DNA of 64,000 nucleotides from Octopus bimaculoides. Taxonomy: Eukaryota. The stretch covers positions 36,065,401 to 36,129,400 of the forward strand of contig NC_068981.1 of assembly GCF_001194135.2 (NCBI RefSeq), written 5' to 3'. Within the stretch, counting starts at the first letter, position 1, and each line of letters starts with the position of its first letter. The position numbers were made by a program, and so were the translations under genes. This document shows positions 62,876 to 64,000 of this stretch, piece by piece. The notes under the pieces were generated by a model. That model worked only from the letters and a program-made list of their open reading frames with translations. It did no database searches and was not told the DNA's origin.

Positions 62876-64000
62876 GATTGATACATACATACATACATAC
62901 ATACATACATACATACGCACACCCAAACACTCATATTTATATATGCTAAAGTACAAATAATTGTGCAAATGGGGGTAGGGGAAGAGTATTTAATATGTAC
63001 TGACAGTTTTCTTCTATTTATTGTGAGTTAACTTCATCATTGTGCCAAGTTAAGATCAGATGCTGGGAGTGGAAATCTCATATTTTTGTATTTTGCATGC
63101 GAGCATTTACATGTATAATACATGTTTTCTTTGTGGTTAGAATGCACAATAACACACACACACACACACACAAGAAAAGAAGTATATACACAAGAAAAGA
63201 AGTGGTATGAGATGTGAAACTTGAAGTCACAATCAACTGCAATATATATAATAAATTTGACCCTACTGCAAGTACTGAAACTTACAATCAGAAAATATTT
63301 GTTGCTATTTCATTGATANNNNNNNNNNNNNNNNNNNNNNNNNNNNNNNNNNNNNNNNNNNNNNNNNNNNNNNNNNNNNNTATGTATGTATATATATGTA
63401 TGTATGTATATATATATATAAGTGTGTATATGCATGTATATATATATATATACATTATATGGATATATAAGTTTATATAAAATGCCCATGTACATTCTCC
63501 CATATAAGAATATGTATTTATCACAAGGTAATATGAATATATGAGTGTGTGTGTATATATATATATAAACACACACACATATATAGTCATTTACATCTAT
63601 ATAAATGTACACACATATTCATATAGATATACATACATAGACACACACACATACATGTATATGTACATACATATATATGACAACTGCTTGGCAATAAACT
63701 TGATGAGTTATGACTAATATTTTGACTTTGAATACATTTATTGGTGCATAATTCTCCCTGTAGAATAAAGTATGAATAAAAATTGTTATTAATATCTCTG
63801 TATATGAGTTTTTATGTATTTTCAAAGTAAACCTTCTTCTCATGATACATAAATTCTTTAGATCGCTGTAATGTGTTATTTTCTTTCAGTGGATATCCAT
63901 ACTTCCACTCATACACACAATACATATGTGTGTATCTATATCACTCTATGTCTATATACACATATATATGCACATATATATATATATATATATATATATA

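Overview
This is AT-rich, microsatellite-dense eukaryotic DNA with ten N-gaps, and I can support no intact protein-coding gene in it. The repeat landscape looks like an octopus (coleoid cephalopod) short-read assembly; that is an inference from recalled repeat families, not a database match. Nearly all long ORFs in the track are artefacts of N-runs or simple repeats. What is recognisable is a decayed transposon landscape: a near-complete but broken CR1-type ORF2 (30.7-33.0 kb), several RTE LINE pieces (two with a PHD-like Cys/His finger inside the RT region), three R4/Dong-like and one CRE-like restriction-endonuclease (REL) LINE remnants, an L2/CR1-like remnant, a Penelope-like GIY-YIG remnant, a Tc1 and a mariner-type transposase remnant, TA- and TTAA-flanked MITEs, and many SINE-like copies. 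The most interesting unexplained structure is a set of Penelope-type minimal hammerhead-ribozyme cores (CUGANGA...GAAAC-NNNN-GUH). One has a long, mostly paired stem II (35.5 kb), and one lies inside a ~400-bp fold-back palindrome next to a second fold-back (33.2-33.9 kb). There is also a pre-miRNA-like hairpin (39.7 kb) and a possible 36-nt microexon (38.9 kb). Boundaries of old, degenerate repeats are approximate.
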